A stretch of DNA of 64,000 nucleotides from a phage: the sequence record NC_042307.1; one strand, written 5' to 3'. Numbering within the stretch: position 1 is the first letter of the stretch; each line of letters begins with the position of its first letter. Positions 28,101 to 38,753 of the stretch are shown here, in pieces. Position numbers and translations under genes: made by a program. Below the pieces are notes generated by a model. The model saw only the letters and a program-made list of their open reading frames with translations, had not been told where the DNA came from and did no database searches.

Positions 28101-28542
28101 AATAGCCTCGTTTCATCAATTTAAAAATATATTATACAGATAACTTAATAAATTAGCAAATACATTTTTAAATTGTGAAACTAGTAAACCGATAAACAGC
28201 CTAGAGGCGCCACAGGCCATATCTTATGAGCCATGTACCTTTGATCTAGGGTTTGAATCATCAACGAATACTTTGCATCTTTTAGCTTTAGAAGTTTAGA
28301 AGTTTGAGTTCTTTAAACTTTTCAGCTTTCATACTTAAATGTTGATCTTTGAAGTTGTGTCGGTAATATCAACGACGCTTTGTTCTTACGTGTCAGCTTA
28401 AAAGGCTGGTGTAATAAACATAATCTCCAATAGATTATACTTTATAGTATGGTCAGCGGTCTTATTTAACCTCGTATTTCAACCGCTGCTGCGAGGTAAG
28501 ATGCTTGGGCTTTCGTCTACCGATTTACTAGCTTTTAAATTA

Positions 28543-29181
28543 TTACTCTACTTCAATGAAGGTAGAGGCGTTAGACTCGGACAGAACAAAGTCAACATTT
28601 GTTGCAAAGTCCTGGTATTGCTCGTCATGCTGTTTAATCAGCTTCTCCAGCTCCAGCGGATCAATCAAGAATGGAGTATTCTTGAGTTCCAACAGGTTGA
28701 GCTGCATTTTAACTTCATCTTCGGAAGTTTTCTTATCGCGGGTAGCCATGCTATCCTGCAAACGCTCATATTTAGCATCAAACTGTGCTTTCTGCGTATT
28801 AAACTTAACCGTAGCGGCATGGAACTGCTTACGCATATTAGCCAGCAATTGAGCTTTAAGCTCCATAGAACGCTTAGCTTCAATTGCTTCTGCAACAGTC
28901 ATTTTACGAGAACCAATCTCAACGATTGTTTCCGCATTGCTCTTAATCAGAGCAGCTTTGATACGATCACGCTGGGACATCATATCCAGCAGAGACTGGA
29001 AATCAGTCTTAATACGAGTAGACAGGGCATCTACTTCGATTGCAGCGCCAACTACAACCTGGTTTTTATCCTTACCTTCACCAACAGCGATCAGAAGCTG
29101 TTGTTCAGTAGCTTTACGGATTTTAGCTTCCAGAGATTTGATGGTTGCCAGAGCACGGGTTTTAGAAATACGAGTGGTCAT
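28543..29181 (-). CDS. hypothetical protein (212 aa), host-like codon usage
   Basis: Chosen over antisense ORF 28501..29199 on composition and strand context. Confidence 0.5.
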   Translation of the reverse strand: MTTRISKTRALATIKSLEAKIRKATEQQLLIAVGEGKDKNQVVVGAAIEVDALSTRIKTDFQSLLDMMSQRDRIKAALIKSNAETIVEIGSRKMTVAEAIEAKRSMELKAQLLANMRKQFHAATVKFNTQKAQFDAKYERLQDSMATRDKKTSEDEVKMQLNLLELKNTPFLIDPLELEKLIKQHDEQYQDFATNVDFVLSESNASTFIEVE

Positions 29182-29233
29182 TGTTTCTTCCTTATATGAA
29201 GTTTAAGATTTGAATTTGTTTAAAGTTGGTCTA

Positions 29234-29416
29234 TTACAGACCAATTGCCAGTAAGGTACGCAGAACAGTATCTTTACTGTTATCAATTTTAGGATTAGCA
29301 CGATTTAGCAAATCAAAGATTTTCTGGACACCTGATTGACGTTCAACCATACGACGGATACCCAGATTACGAGTAGCTTTCTTACCATTTTTACGAACAT
29401 TTTTAGATACTGGCAT
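29234..29416 (-). CDS. small basic protein (60 aa)
   Basis: AGGGAG RBS. Confidence 0.4.
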   Translation of the reverse strand: MPVSKNVRKNGKKATRNLGIRRMVERQSGVQKIFDLLNRANPKIDNSKDTVLRTLLAIGL

Positions 29417-29486
29417 ATTTGTCTCCCTTTGGTTGTTCCCTCAAATTTATGAATATATAATACAGAATTTGGAAGCTGGAAGCAAA

Positions 29487-30188
29487 TCAAATTTTGATTT
29501 TTTCGACCATAGCTGCAACACAATAGCTCTCAACTAAGGCATCGAATGCTGGGTCATGTTTAACTGGGTAGATTCCATAACGAATGGTGTCCATCTTCTC
29601 CATCTTAGCTTTTGCCCAGCTAGCACCTTCGGCTTCTAGATCTTTATAGCTATAACCAGCTTGCATCCACTGATTACGGAAAGATCGAACGTTACCTAAG
29701 TTCCAGAATTTCCACGGAACTATTTCTTCATGGGTTCCGGCATGGAACGTATTTGCAGAGTAGATTGTCATATCAAACTCTGGGCCATTGCCATAATACA
29801 AAGCATTCTCTCCTAGAGCCAACTCCATAATGTTTTGAGCCATAGAGTAAGCAGCATAATTAGAGCCGAGTTTATTAGTACAATGATGTTTACCGTTTTG
29901 GAATGCAATCAGTTTTGGATTACGTTCCTTCATAGCTTCCATTATGTGAATAGCAGAGGGGCTATTTTTAGCTTGATCCATCCAGAATGCTAGAGTAGAT
30001 GCTGTAACTTTGGCACCAGAATTAAGCTGATCCTGCACATCCAAAGTAACAAACACTAGATCAGGATCTTTATCAATTCCGTGCATAGCCACAAAAGCGA
30101 AAGAAGGCATTACGATATGAGTAGTACCACAATCTCCCGGAGTTCCTAGAGATTCAATATCTAACATACCAAATGGTTTTACTTTCAT
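29487..30188 (-). CDS. putative DnaQ/DEDD-like 3'-5' exonuclease
   Basis: N-terminal 'MLDIESLG'. Confidence 0.4.
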   Translation of the reverse strand: MKVKPFGMLDIESLGTPGDCGTTHIVMPSFAFVAMHGIDKDPDLVFVTLDVQDQLNSGAKVTASTLAFWMDQAKNSPSAIHIMEAMKERNPKLIAFQNGKHHCTNKLGSNYAAYSMAQNIMELALGENALYYGNGPEFDMTIYSANTFHAGTHEEIVPWKFWNLGNVRSFRNQWMQAGYSYKDLEAEGASWAKAKMEKMDTIRYGIYPVKHDPAFDALVESYCVAAMVEKIKI

Positions 30189-30216
30189 AACTTATCCTTT
30201 ATTGTGTAGAAAACTA

Positions 30217-30453
30217 TTAAAGAGCTGTCTCTTTAATAGACTCCCACTTCTTGGGGTCTTTAAAACCAGGAAGCATGTCTTCACTAACATCCCAGTTTTC
30301 TTCCATAGAGAAGTCGGGCCATTCATTCCAACTACCTTCCAGCTCTTCATAACAGGTATCCATTACCTCATGACTAGAAAGTCGTGTATAATCTCTAGCG
30401 GACTTATGAGTGCTAGCACGGTTAAAATCATTCTTTGCTACAAAATTACGCAT
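30217..30453 (-). CDS. small acidic protein (78 aa)
   Basis: ORF. Confidence 0.35.
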   Translation of the reverse strand: MRNFVAKNDFNRASTHKSARDYTRLSSHEVMDTCYEELEGSWNEWPDFSMEENWDVSEDMLPGFKDPKKWESIKETAL

Positions 30454-30494
30454 AGTTTCTCCAAAATATGAGGGGCGAAAGCCCCTCTTATCTA

Positions 30495-31010
30495 TTACTT
30501 CGCTTTACGCTTACGAGCTGGTTTAGCAGATTTACGAGCAGAATCACCCGTAAATTTAATACCCACACCGTAACACAGAGCACGAACATTATCTTTACTA
30601 TACTCTACGCCAAAGATATTTGGCTTAACAGAACCAAACTGTCCACGAGTATCACGCAATACATCTGCCGTTGGTTTGCGTTTCTGGTTAACTGCTTTCT
30701 CGTAATCTTTCATGGCCATGCCATTACGAGGGAACAATTCTGCTCCAGCATTGAAACTCAGTGCTACGGGAACAGATTTGTGACCATAACCCTGTACATA
30801 GGTCACAAGGCGGGCTACAGAACGAGTAGCATTCTTAGCCTTCGGCTTTTGACGAATCGGAGCCGGACGATTCAGTGCCTGTGCAGCTTGAGCATCAGTA
30901 GGGTGCTTGCGCAGGTGGCGTTCCAGACGAGCTTTGCGGTTAGCCTCAGTCTGCGGGAAAGTTTTTACTGTAGTAGCTGCTTGAGTTTTTGCGTTTTTCT
31001 GCTTAGCCAT
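30495..31010 (-). CDS. basic protein, possible DNA-binding
   Basis: ATG 31010 with AAAGGAAAA RBS; Lys/Arg/Ala-rich. Confidence 0.45.
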   Translation of the reverse strand: MAKQKNAKTQAATTVKTFPQTEANRKARLERHLRKHPTDAQAAQALNRPAPIRQKPKAKNATRSVARLVTYVQGYGHKSVPVALSFNAGAELFPRNGMAMKDYEKAVNQKRKPTADVLRDTRGQFGSVKPNIFGVEYSKDNVRALCYGVGIKFTGDSARKSAKPARKRKAK

Positions 31011-31092
31011 TATTTGTTTTCCTTTTTGTTTATTTTTTATGAAGTATATTATACGGTAATTTGAAGCGTTTAGCAACTGAATTTTTTAAAAA

Positions 31093-31371
31093 TTATCTAC
31101 CAACCATCTTGGCTTGTTCTGCATCGGAAACATATTGATACGCTCCTTTATTATACGCTGGAGCAGTACACATTTTCTTACGCTCAATCTCTTCTTGAGC
31201 TTTTCTTTCGCGTTCAGCTAATTCTTCATCCAGATAAACTAAACGTTGTTCTGGAGGAGGTGGAAGACGTGTTTCTGGCTCACCAATATTAGCCTTTCTT
31301 ATTTGACGAGGTGATTGTGCACGTTTTCTCAATGGTTTAAATCCTAATGAATTTGAGTTATAAATTCGCAT
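31093..31371 (-). CDS. hypothetical protein (92 aa)
   Basis: ORF. Confidence 0.4.
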   Translation of the reverse strand: MRIYNSNSLGFKPLRKRAQSPRQIRKANIGEPETRLPPPPEQRLVYLDEELAERERKAQEEIERKKMCTAPAYNKGAYQYVSDAEQAKMVGR

Positions 31372-31447
31372 AAAGCCCTCCTCACTTTCAATGCGAATAT
31401 TATACTAAATTAGAGGGCTTTAAGCAAGAAGATTTTTAATTTATTTA

Positions 31448-31924
31448 TCACATCTCAGCCATTTCAGCTTCAGTAATAACTGTGTTACACAATGCATCTA
31501 CAGCTTCATTACCACTAATACCAGAATGTCCTTTAACCTTAATAAAGGTAGGGTTAGTATTATGAAAGTTGATATACTGCTGTGTTAATTTAAATGCTTC
31601 CTGCCAAAGTTCTAGATTAAGAGGAACTTCACCATCTGCTTTCTTCCAGCCTTTCCTTTGCCAAGAAAACATCCAACTTTCCATACCATTTTTGCAATAA
31701 GCAGAATCAGTATAGATAACAATTGGCCTATTATCTTTTTTAACTGACCAACGTAGAGCCTCTACAATAGCCGTGAGTTCCATCTCATTATTTGTAGTTT
31801 TAGGACTATATCCAGATTTAGAACCTAAACGATCGTCGTTATCATCATAGACAATAAAACCCCAAGCACCGGGACCTGGGTTAGACTTACAAGCACCATC
31901 TGTGTAAATGTGGAATGTACTCAT
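31448..31924 (-). CDS. rnh: ribonuclease H (RNase HI-like)
   Basis: 'IYTDGAC..NPGPGAWG', 'YTDS'. Confidence 0.7.
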   Translation of the reverse strand: MSTFHIYTDGACKSNPGPGAWGFIVYDDNDDRLGSKSGYSPKTTNNEMELTAIVEALRWSVKKDNRPIVIYTDSAYCKNGMESWMFSWQRKGWKKADGEVPLNLELWQEAFKLTQQYINFHNTNPTFIKVKGHSGISGNEAVDALCNTVITEAEMAEM

Positions 31925-32466
31925 TTATTAAGATCCTCTAAGGTAGGATAATAGTTATTATAAAATGTTTCTTCTACAGCATCTTTACCATGTAACTCAT
32001 GTCGCAAGGTATTTGCTTTTAATACGGCGTTCTCTAAATCTAGATATTCGAATATTCCACCATAAATATTCTTACCCTCACTATTTATTATCTGTACTTG
32101 CCACTTTTGTAGCTGCTTATTCCAATGTACTCCTAAGTACCCTGATTTGCTAGAGGCAGTGCAGTTTCTATTATTAATTTGACTAGTAGATTCTCTTAAA
32201 TTTTTCCATCTATTATCTGACCGTATACGATTTATATGATCTACTAAGTCAGGAATACTTCCTGTCATATACAGAAATGCCAGTCTATGGGCTAGATAAT
32301 CTACCTTATCTATTTTTATAGTTATATAACCATCTTTTCTTAAATAGCCAGCAACTGCTCCGGCTTTACCTCCCCTACCTCTACTTATTTTATTAGTAAA
32401 TATTCCAGTATCGGGATCATAATTTAGAAGTTCTTTTAATCTCTCTAGTGTCGGTTGTTTACTCAT
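31921..32466 (-). CDS. HNH homing endonuclease
   Basis: 'DLVDHINRIRSDNRWKNLR'. Confidence 0.7.
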   Translation of the reverse strand: MSKQPTLERLKELLNYDPDTGIFTNKISRGRGGKAGAVAGYLRKDGYITIKIDKVDYLAHRLAFLYMTGSIPDLVDHINRIRSDNRWKNLRESTSQINNRNCTASSKSGYLGVHWNKQLQKWQVQIINSEGKNIYGGIFEYLDLENAVLKANTLRHELHGKDAVEETFYNNYYPTLEDLNK

Positions 32467-32842
32467 CCAACCACCCTAAATCCATACTAAGAAGCGCTTT
32501 TAATCCAGTTATTCCACTTCCATAAGTATCATAACGAATAGCTGTTCTACTTTTCACTTCTAGAATATCTTCATGTTCTGTGTTTTCTAGGATTTCGGTA
32601 GAAATCCCCAAGTACCCTACTTGGTCCTCCTCATCCCACCCCATATCCTCTAGAAGATTTAGAGATAGTTCTACTCTTTCATCTCCATTACCTACGGAGT
32701 AGTATTCCTCTAGTTTTTTAAACTTTAAAACTAGAGAATCTAGAATTAGTAGGATTTGTTCCTTAGTAATAGTTTCTTTATCACCCTGCAAGTAATTGGA
32801 GTAATTCAGAAGGGCTTGTTCTAATTCAATTTCTTTACTCAT
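32459..32842 (-). CDS. hypothetical acidic protein (127 aa)
   Basis: ORF. Confidence 0.4.
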   Translation of the reverse strand: MSKEIELEQALLNYSNYLQGDKETITKEQILLILDSLVLKFKKLEEYYSVGNGDERVELSLNLLEDMGWDEEDQVGYLGISTEILENTEHEDILEVKSRTAIRYDTYGSGITGLKALLSMDLGWLDE

Positions 32843-32943
32843 TTTATTATCCTTTTGTACTTATTGAGTATATTATATTTAAAATTATACCTAATAAGCA
32901 AGTACAATTTCAAATATAATAGCCCCCGAAAGGGCTATTTAAG

Positions 32944-33783
32944 TTAAGAGGACATTTTAGCTTTAAGAGCTGGATGAGGATCGTACCCCTCTAAATGGAA
33001 TGACCAAGCTGCTGTATTATTTTCTAATAAATCGTAAAGATCTATAAACTCTGGCATTACTAGAGTTGGCAGAGGGCGTGGCTTGCGTTTTACCTGTTCT
33101 TCTACCTGTTCCATGTGGTCATTATAGATATGAGTATCACCGCCACTAAAGATAAGGTAACGAGGTTTTAATCCTGTCAGTTTTGCTAATATATGCGTTA
33201 ATAAAGCATAACTAGCAATATTGAAAGGTAAACCGAGGAAACAATCCACAGAGCGTTGTGCCCATTTAAGATCTAGGTATCCATCGTTACTTACATAGCA
33301 CTGGAAGCCGTAGTGACAAGGTGGTAATGCCATTTTATCAAGTTCAGCTACGTTCCACGCAGAAACTAGATGTCTGCGGCCATGAGGATTATTCTTGAGT
33401 CCTTCAATAAGCTCTAGAATCTGATCTCGCCCACCAAAGTTACGCCACTGTTTACCATATACTGGTCCTAGATTACCCTTATCATACCCCATACTTATAG
33501 CTTGGTCTTCATAATTTGGAGTCCAGATGGTCCACTGTCCTTCGTCACGCCCAAATGTGAATACACGTAGATCATGAAGATTTGTGGAACCAGACAAGAA
33601 CCATAATAGTTCTCCTACTACGGATTTCCAAGCTAGACGTTTGGTAGTGACGGCAGGAAACCCATCACGTAGGTCGAACTTAGCATAGGAATCAAAAATT
33701 GAAACTGTGCCTGTTCCTGTACGGTCATTACGGGGTTCACCCAGTAAAATTACATCTGTCAAAATTTTTAAGTATTGTTGCAT
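32944..33783 (-). CDS. thyA: thymidylate synthase
   Basis: 'MQQYLKILTDVILLGEPRNDRTGTGT', 'LPPCHYGFQ'. Confidence 0.8.
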   Translation of the reverse strand: MQQYLKILTDVILLGEPRNDRTGTGTVSIFDSYAKFDLRDGFPAVTTKRLAWKSVVGELLWFLSGSTNLHDLRVFTFGRDEGQWTIWTPNYEDQAISMGYDKGNLGPVYGKQWRNFGGRDQILELIEGLKNNPHGRRHLVSAWNVAELDKMALPPCHYGFQCYVSNDGYLDLKWAQRSVDCFLGLPFNIASYALLTHILAKLTGLKPRYLIFSGGDTHIYNDHMEQVEEQVKRKPRPLPTLVMPEFIDLYDLLENNTAAWSFHLEGYDPHPALKAKMSS

Positions 33784-34316
33784 TAATAAGTAACCAATTC
33801 CTGTACAAATCGCAGGCTGTTATCACTGTTTGCGCCAACTGCATAGACTAATCGAGTGGATTCATAGTTATAATCCAGTATCATACTATCTAGGTGTATA
33901 TCTGCCTCTAGCTTCTGTTCACTAAAGATTGTAGATACAAAAGCACTTTCAATATGCCCATGTTGATACATTTCTAGAAGAAGATTAGCTCCACCTAGAA
34001 CTACTGTTTGCTGATCTTTTAGAAAAGTAGGTAATGTATCACCTATCATTGATATGGGAGTGTAAATATCATGTGTAATATCGTCTGGCAGTGGACGATC
34101 AGCACGAATAAATAGGTCAGAAGCTCCAATCATACGTTCCCTAACGGCATATGGAAGAGCTAAATAAGTACCTGCCCCAATAATAATATTATCAGGATTT
34201 AGTACATCTAATTGTGAATAAAAAGCATCTAGTTCTTCTTTAAAAGAACCCCAGGGGAGCTTACCTCGGAGGCCGAACTCCCCATTCGGCCCAACTGCAT
34301 ACATTGCTGTAATCAT
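33783..34316 (-). CDS. frd: dihydrofolate reductase
   Basis: 'MITAMYAVGPNGEFGLRGKLPW'; position next to thyA. Confidence 0.7.
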   Translation of the reverse strand: MITAMYAVGPNGEFGLRGKLPWGSFKEELDAFYSQLDVLNPDNIIIGAGTYLALPYAVRERMIGASDLFIRADRPLPDDITHDIYTPISMIGDTLPTFLKDQQTVVLGGANLLLEMYQHGHIESAFVSTIFSEQKLEADIHLDSMILDYNYESTRLVYAVGANSDNSLRFVQELVTY

Positions 34317-35459
34317 AGGAAGTCTCCAAATTCATTACCCAAATCTTTCAAGGTATCAGTAGAGGTCTCAGTTACCTGACCTACACGGTAGGCTGCACCA
34401 ATCTGGATTTCTTGTGGGGCAGGCTGTAGAGAAGTAGTATCCAACCAGTTCATGATCCACGGAATAGGGTTTTTAGTGATTACTGGTAAGTGACTAGGCC
34501 ATTCTACACCAATGTGCATAAATGCGTTACGCCCCACAAAGTACAAGTATTCTTCTAGAAGTTCTGCATTCAAACCAATCAGACTACGACCTTTGAAGAT
34601 GAAATGACCCCATTCAATTTCAGTTTTAAGAGTTTTCAGGAGTTGTGCTGGTGCTTTAGCCACTGCTTCATCTACCAGATCTTTGTCAAACTGCTGGAAC
34701 ATAATCTGGATGATTGTTTTAGACATCTGAGTATGTAGGGCTTCATCTTTAGCAATCAATTGCAGATTTTTAGCAATACCTTGCAGAATATCGTTCTCTG
34801 CTAACGCAAAGGTACATGCAAAGGATGCGTAGAACTGCATTGCTTCCAGACCGTAGATTGCAAAATAAGCATCTAACAGTTTAGCCTGAGTTTCACGCTT
34901 AACCTCAGGGAACTCAGTTTCTGGATATGTATTGTCACCACGATGATCACGTACTGCGATGAAATACTGACCTAACTGGTACAGTTCATCGAACAGCTCA
35001 ACAGAATCAGCGATACGTGCGAATGCTTCTTGGTTTTTGGTTACAGAATCAATAAATTCTGCCGGATCAGTCAGCACATTACGAATAATATTACTATAAG
35101 CACGACTATGCAGGTCTTCAAAGTAGCTCCACTGCTTGAGCATACCTTCTAGTTCTGGACGACTTACAAGCGGCATAATAGCTGCTTCAGGCGCTCGACT
35201 GATAAAGGAATCAGTTTGGGTCTGCCATGCTAAGTTCAGGAGTGTGATTTCCTGAATTTCACGTGGGAGATTGGGCCATTGTTTCTTATCTGCTTCCAGA
35301 CTGATTTCAGTTTCAGTCCAAAATTGAGAGCGTTGCAGAAGTGCCAGACGTTCTAGTTCTGGATGTGCTACACGTACATAATCTGCGATACCTAGAGAAT
35401 CGCCCCAGGAAAAGATCAGCGTTAGTATGATCCCAATTCAGGTTTAGTAAAGTAGTCAT
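34313..35459 (-). CDS. nrdB: ribonucleotide reductase small subunit NrdB, interrupted by apparent +1 frameshift near 35401-35404
   Basis: Track ORF 34313..35176 carries 'FYASFACTFALAE', 'DEALH'; N-terminal homology continues upstream in same frame to 35437, but RBS+ATG at 35459 is in another frame. Confidence 0.6.
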
Positions 35460-35594
35460 TGATTTTCCTCTTTCTCACTATTTCAGGAATATTATAGCAA
35501 ATCAGGTAGCGATTAGCAGGTAAAATTATAAACTATCAAGCTCCAATAGTTTCATATCGCGCCACTCTATAGCATCCTCAAGTTCTTGGAATGT

Positions 35595-36017
35595 TTAAGT
35601 ATATTTTACACCTTTACGGGCTATCTGTACCTGGTAAGATCCGCTAGCTTTTGGATGAATATTTTTAATACCTAACTTATTATCTTTATGCGCCCCGACA
35701 TTCTTTCCGTTACTGAATCTATCAGAAGCTACTAGGTTAATAGCTCTATTATCATGTCGTATTCTATTGTCGTGGTCTACTTCAGGTGGCAGATACCCAT
35801 GAATTTTAGCAAAGATTACCCTATGTGCTAAGTAGGGGTATCCTTTAATATTTAATACTATATATCCTGTAGATTTATCTAAGGAGCCTGCTGGTTTTCC
35901 GGCATATTTGGTATTAAATGTTTTATTATCTCTAGGTCTATGAGTTAATATTCCAGTATATGGATCATAATCAAATAATTTAGCTACCTCTAGATGATCT
36001 TCTAATGTTTTTGACAT
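35595..36017 (-). CDS. HNH homing endonuclease inserted between nrdA and nrdB
   Basis: 'PEVDHDNRIRHDNRAINL'; ATG 36017. Confidence 0.6.
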   Translation of the reverse strand: MSKTLEDHLEVAKLFDYDPYTGILTHRPRDNKTFNTKYAGKPAGSLDKSTGYIVLNIKGYPYLAHRVIFAKIHGYLPPEVDHDNRIRHDNRAINLVASDRFSNGKNVGAHKDNKLGIKNIHPKASGSYQVQIARKGVKYT

Positions 36018-36082
36018 AATTATAATTTCCAACCAATTAGTATAAAAAATAAGAGGGTTATAATTAACCCTCTTTACTAGTT

Positions 36083-38410
36083 TTATAAGGTACAGCCACC
36101 TGAAGAACATCCTGTAGTTTCTCCAGCTCCTCCACCATTCGCAGTGTTAAAGTTAGCATAATACCAGGTTTTTATACCATACTTAACCGCAGTCATAAAG
36201 TCACGAACTACTACTGGGCCAGGGATGATTTCATTCTCGAATTTAGAGTAATCATAATACATCTGGAAACTTGATGACTGACTCAAGAATTTTTGGTAAA
36301 CGGCGTTCCATTTGATCCACTCAGTGCGATCAATATCATAAGCTAGTTTATAGCTCATTAACGTTTCCCAGTCGGTTGCACCTGGAGCAATTGCAATTAC
36401 TTTATTTACTGCACTACCTTTGATAGATACAATCTTACGAGGTGGTTCGATAGAGTTAGTAACACCTAACAGAACAGAAGAACTTTCTCCCGGCATCTGA
36501 GCAGTCAGAACAGAGTTACGCATACCATATTTCAGAATATCTGCACGCAGAGACTCCCAATCCATTTCTAGACCTACGGATACCAGTTCATCAACAGTTT
36601 TCTTGTACGTGTCGATTACCAGAGTTCCTTTAGATGGTTTAGTACGATCGAACCATTCACATGCACCTTGCTCTTTGGCTAGACGTACAGAGGCTTTATG
36701 CAGGAAGTAGGACAATTTTTCAGCTTCACGATGAATCCAGTTACGAGCCTCAATACCTTCATAAGCCAGACCTTCTGCTGCCATTGCACCTGCTGCGTTC
36801 ATCAGACCAATACCAACGTTACGACGTTTCTTAGCCGTATATTCCATAGTTGGGAACGGGTAATCCTGAATTTCAATGATGGTATCAACAAATTTCAGAA
36901 GAATATAGCAAGTCTTTTCCCACTCAGCCAGAGATTCCATGCGTCCTAATACAACACCACCTAAGTTACACAGAGATACTTCCCCAATATCCTCCGGCTT
37001 CATTTGATCGAGTTGTTCTTTTGTTTTATACAGTTCCGTGATATGATGGAACGGGCGTGTAGGCTGAGTAATTTCAACACAAAGGTTGGTCATACGAATC
37101 GGGTCAAGGAAGTTACCATGACGGTTAGATTCACCAATGTGATGAGCATACATACGCCCTGTTTCCATACGGATACGTAACCAAGTATCTAGGATTTCTT
37201 TTGCAGAGATTCTAGGAGCTGCTGGAATTGTTTTTCCTTCGTGGTCGGTCTTTGTAAGAGATGCCACACGTTTCTCCGCTGCCACGTAGATTTCTTCAAA
37301 CTTAGCCTCATCTTCACCATAAAACGCTTCATGAACTTCTGGTGCGTAGAAGTAGGACATTAGCGTAATATCTTCGTTTTTCAGGTAACGTTTTAACAGA
37401 AGGTTGTTAAAGCTCAGAGAATAATCCATCTTATCGATTTTATTCTCGTCTGTAGCACGTTGCTGCTTAACCTGCATCAACTGAATGATTTCAGGATCGA
37501 AGTATGGATAAGACACAGTAGCAGAACCGCCACGGGTTTGCTGAGTGTTAGCTTTTACTGAACGGTCAATGTGTCGATAATATGGCAGTTTTCCGGAATG
37601 CGGGAATGCCCCATTTCGCACCGGATCAGCAATTGATCGGCTTTCAAGATGATACCCGATTCCCGCTCTGGCTGCGACCATTTTGAAGACGATGTGCTCG
37701 GCTGTGTCGATTGAATCCAACGTGTCAGTGGAATCCACGAGGCAGCAACTAGCAAATCCACGGTCACTAGAACGCAAACCAACCAGTGGCGGCGTAGGAA
37801 CGTTGATTTTGTGGAGCGACATTGCATTGTAGAGATCGATTGCATCTAGAATTGTCCAGTTGGGTTGAGATAACATCGCCATTGCCATGCCCATATAGGC
37901 AAATTGCGGGGTTTCGTAAATTTCACCAGTGGCTATATTACGACGGGAATATTTATCAAAGAACTGTTTCAGTCCACCACTAGTAAAAAGACGGTCACGA
38001 TCGTGGTCTATAACCTGATTCAGAGCTTCAAATTGCTCATCGGTAATCCATGCACTCATGTCTTCCCATGCACCTACACTAACCATATGATCGTGGAAGA
38101 AGCGTAGAGAAGGTGGTTCGAAGGAATCATAAAGGCGTTTACGCATCTGCGCAAGACGTAATTCCTTTGCTGGCACGTCGTATGCTGGATTATCTTTAAT
38201 AAGACTTTCGGCAGCTTTAATTAACGCATCCATCAGAGTATCGGAATCTACAACCCCTTTAGGCAGAGTTTTTTGAGCAGCCATAGTAATGGCAGACCAA
38301 CTTACATCAACTGTTTTGCAACCATACTCTGCCCAACCATTGAGTTTTTCAGGAGCAAAGTCTTCTACAGTACCGTCACGTTTAATTACTTTTTCAATGC
38401 GATGGCTCAT
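36083..38410 (-). CDS. nrdA: ribonucleotide reductase large subunit NrdA
   Basis: ATP-cone N-terminus, 'CNLG', C-terminal Cys pair; ATG 38410 with AAGGA RBS. Confidence 0.8.
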   Translation of the reverse strand: MSHRIEKVIKRDGTVEDFAPEKLNGWAEYGCKTVDVSWSAITMAAQKTLPKGVVDSDTLMDALIKAAESLIKDNPAYDVPAKELRLAQMRKRLYDSFEPPSLRFFHDHMVSVGAWEDMSAWITDEQFEALNQVIDHDRDRLFTSGGLKQFFDKYSRRNIATGEIYETPQFAYMGMAMAMLSQPNWTILDAIDLYNAMSLHKINVPTPPLVGLRSSDRGFASCCLVDSTDTLDSIDTAEHIVFKMVAARAGIGYHLESRSIADPVRNGAFPHSGKLPYYRHIDRSVKANTQQTRGGSATVSYPYFDPEIIQLMQVKQQRATDENKIDKMDYSLSFNNLLLKRYLKNEDITLMSYFYAPEVHEAFYGEDEAKFEEIYVAAEKRVASLTKTDHEGKTIPAAPRISAKEILDTWLRIRMETGRMYAHHIGESNRHGNFLDPIRMTNLCVEITQPTRPFHHITELYKTKEQLDQMKPEDIGEVSLCNLGGVVLGRMESLAEWEKTCYILLKFVDTIIEIQDYPFPTMEYTAKKRRNVGIGLMNAAGAMAAEGLAYEGIEARNWIHREAEKLSYFLHKASVRLAKEQGACEWFDRTKPSKGTLVIDTYKKTVDELVSVGLEMDWESLRADILKYGMRNSVLTAQMPGESSSVLLGVTNSIEPPRKIVSIKGSAVNKVIAIAPGATDWETLMSYKLAYDIDRTEWIKWNAVYQKFLSQSSSFQMYYDYSKFENEIIPGPVVVRDFMTAVKYGIKTWYYANFNTANGGGAGETTGCSSGGCTL

Positions 38411-38554
38411 TTGGTTTTCCTTTTTATAGTTATCAGGATTTAGGAAATAGTTTACTTTATTCTCAGTCATTTGGCAAATAAAATTTTCTGATAGAAAAGG
38501 CCCGAGTATTTTCATACCCAGGCCTCCTGTGTTGTCAGTCTAGTTTTTGGCCAC

Positions 38555-38752
38555 TTAAGTTCTCAGCAGAATATCTATTGAGGTACTTAGTTCATTATAA
38601 TTGAAGGGCCGATTTGGATTTGAGGTTACAATTGTCCACGCTAGGGTAGTCTTAGGACTTTCTTCCCCTTCCTTACGTGTAATCATATTAGCAGCACTCA
38701 GTGAAGTACGATGTATTTTAGTTTGTCGGTGTAAATGTACAACGTCTCCCAT
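38555..38752 (-). CDS. small hypothetical protein (65 aa)
   Basis: ATG 38752 immediately after phoH stop. Confidence 0.3.
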   Translation of the reverse strand: MGDVVHLHRQTKIHRTSLSAANMITRKEGEESPKTTLAWTIVTSNPNRPFNYNELSTSIDILLRT

Positions 38753-38753
38753 A

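Noticed and set aside
28501-29199. 232-aa plus-strand ORF
   Set aside because: Antisense to a better minus-strand ORF (28543..29181); Leu/Ser/Phe-rich composition typical of a shadow frame
30468-31064. 198-aa plus-strand ORF
   Set aside because: Antisense shadow of minus-strand gene 30495..31010, which has a clear RBS and basic-protein composition
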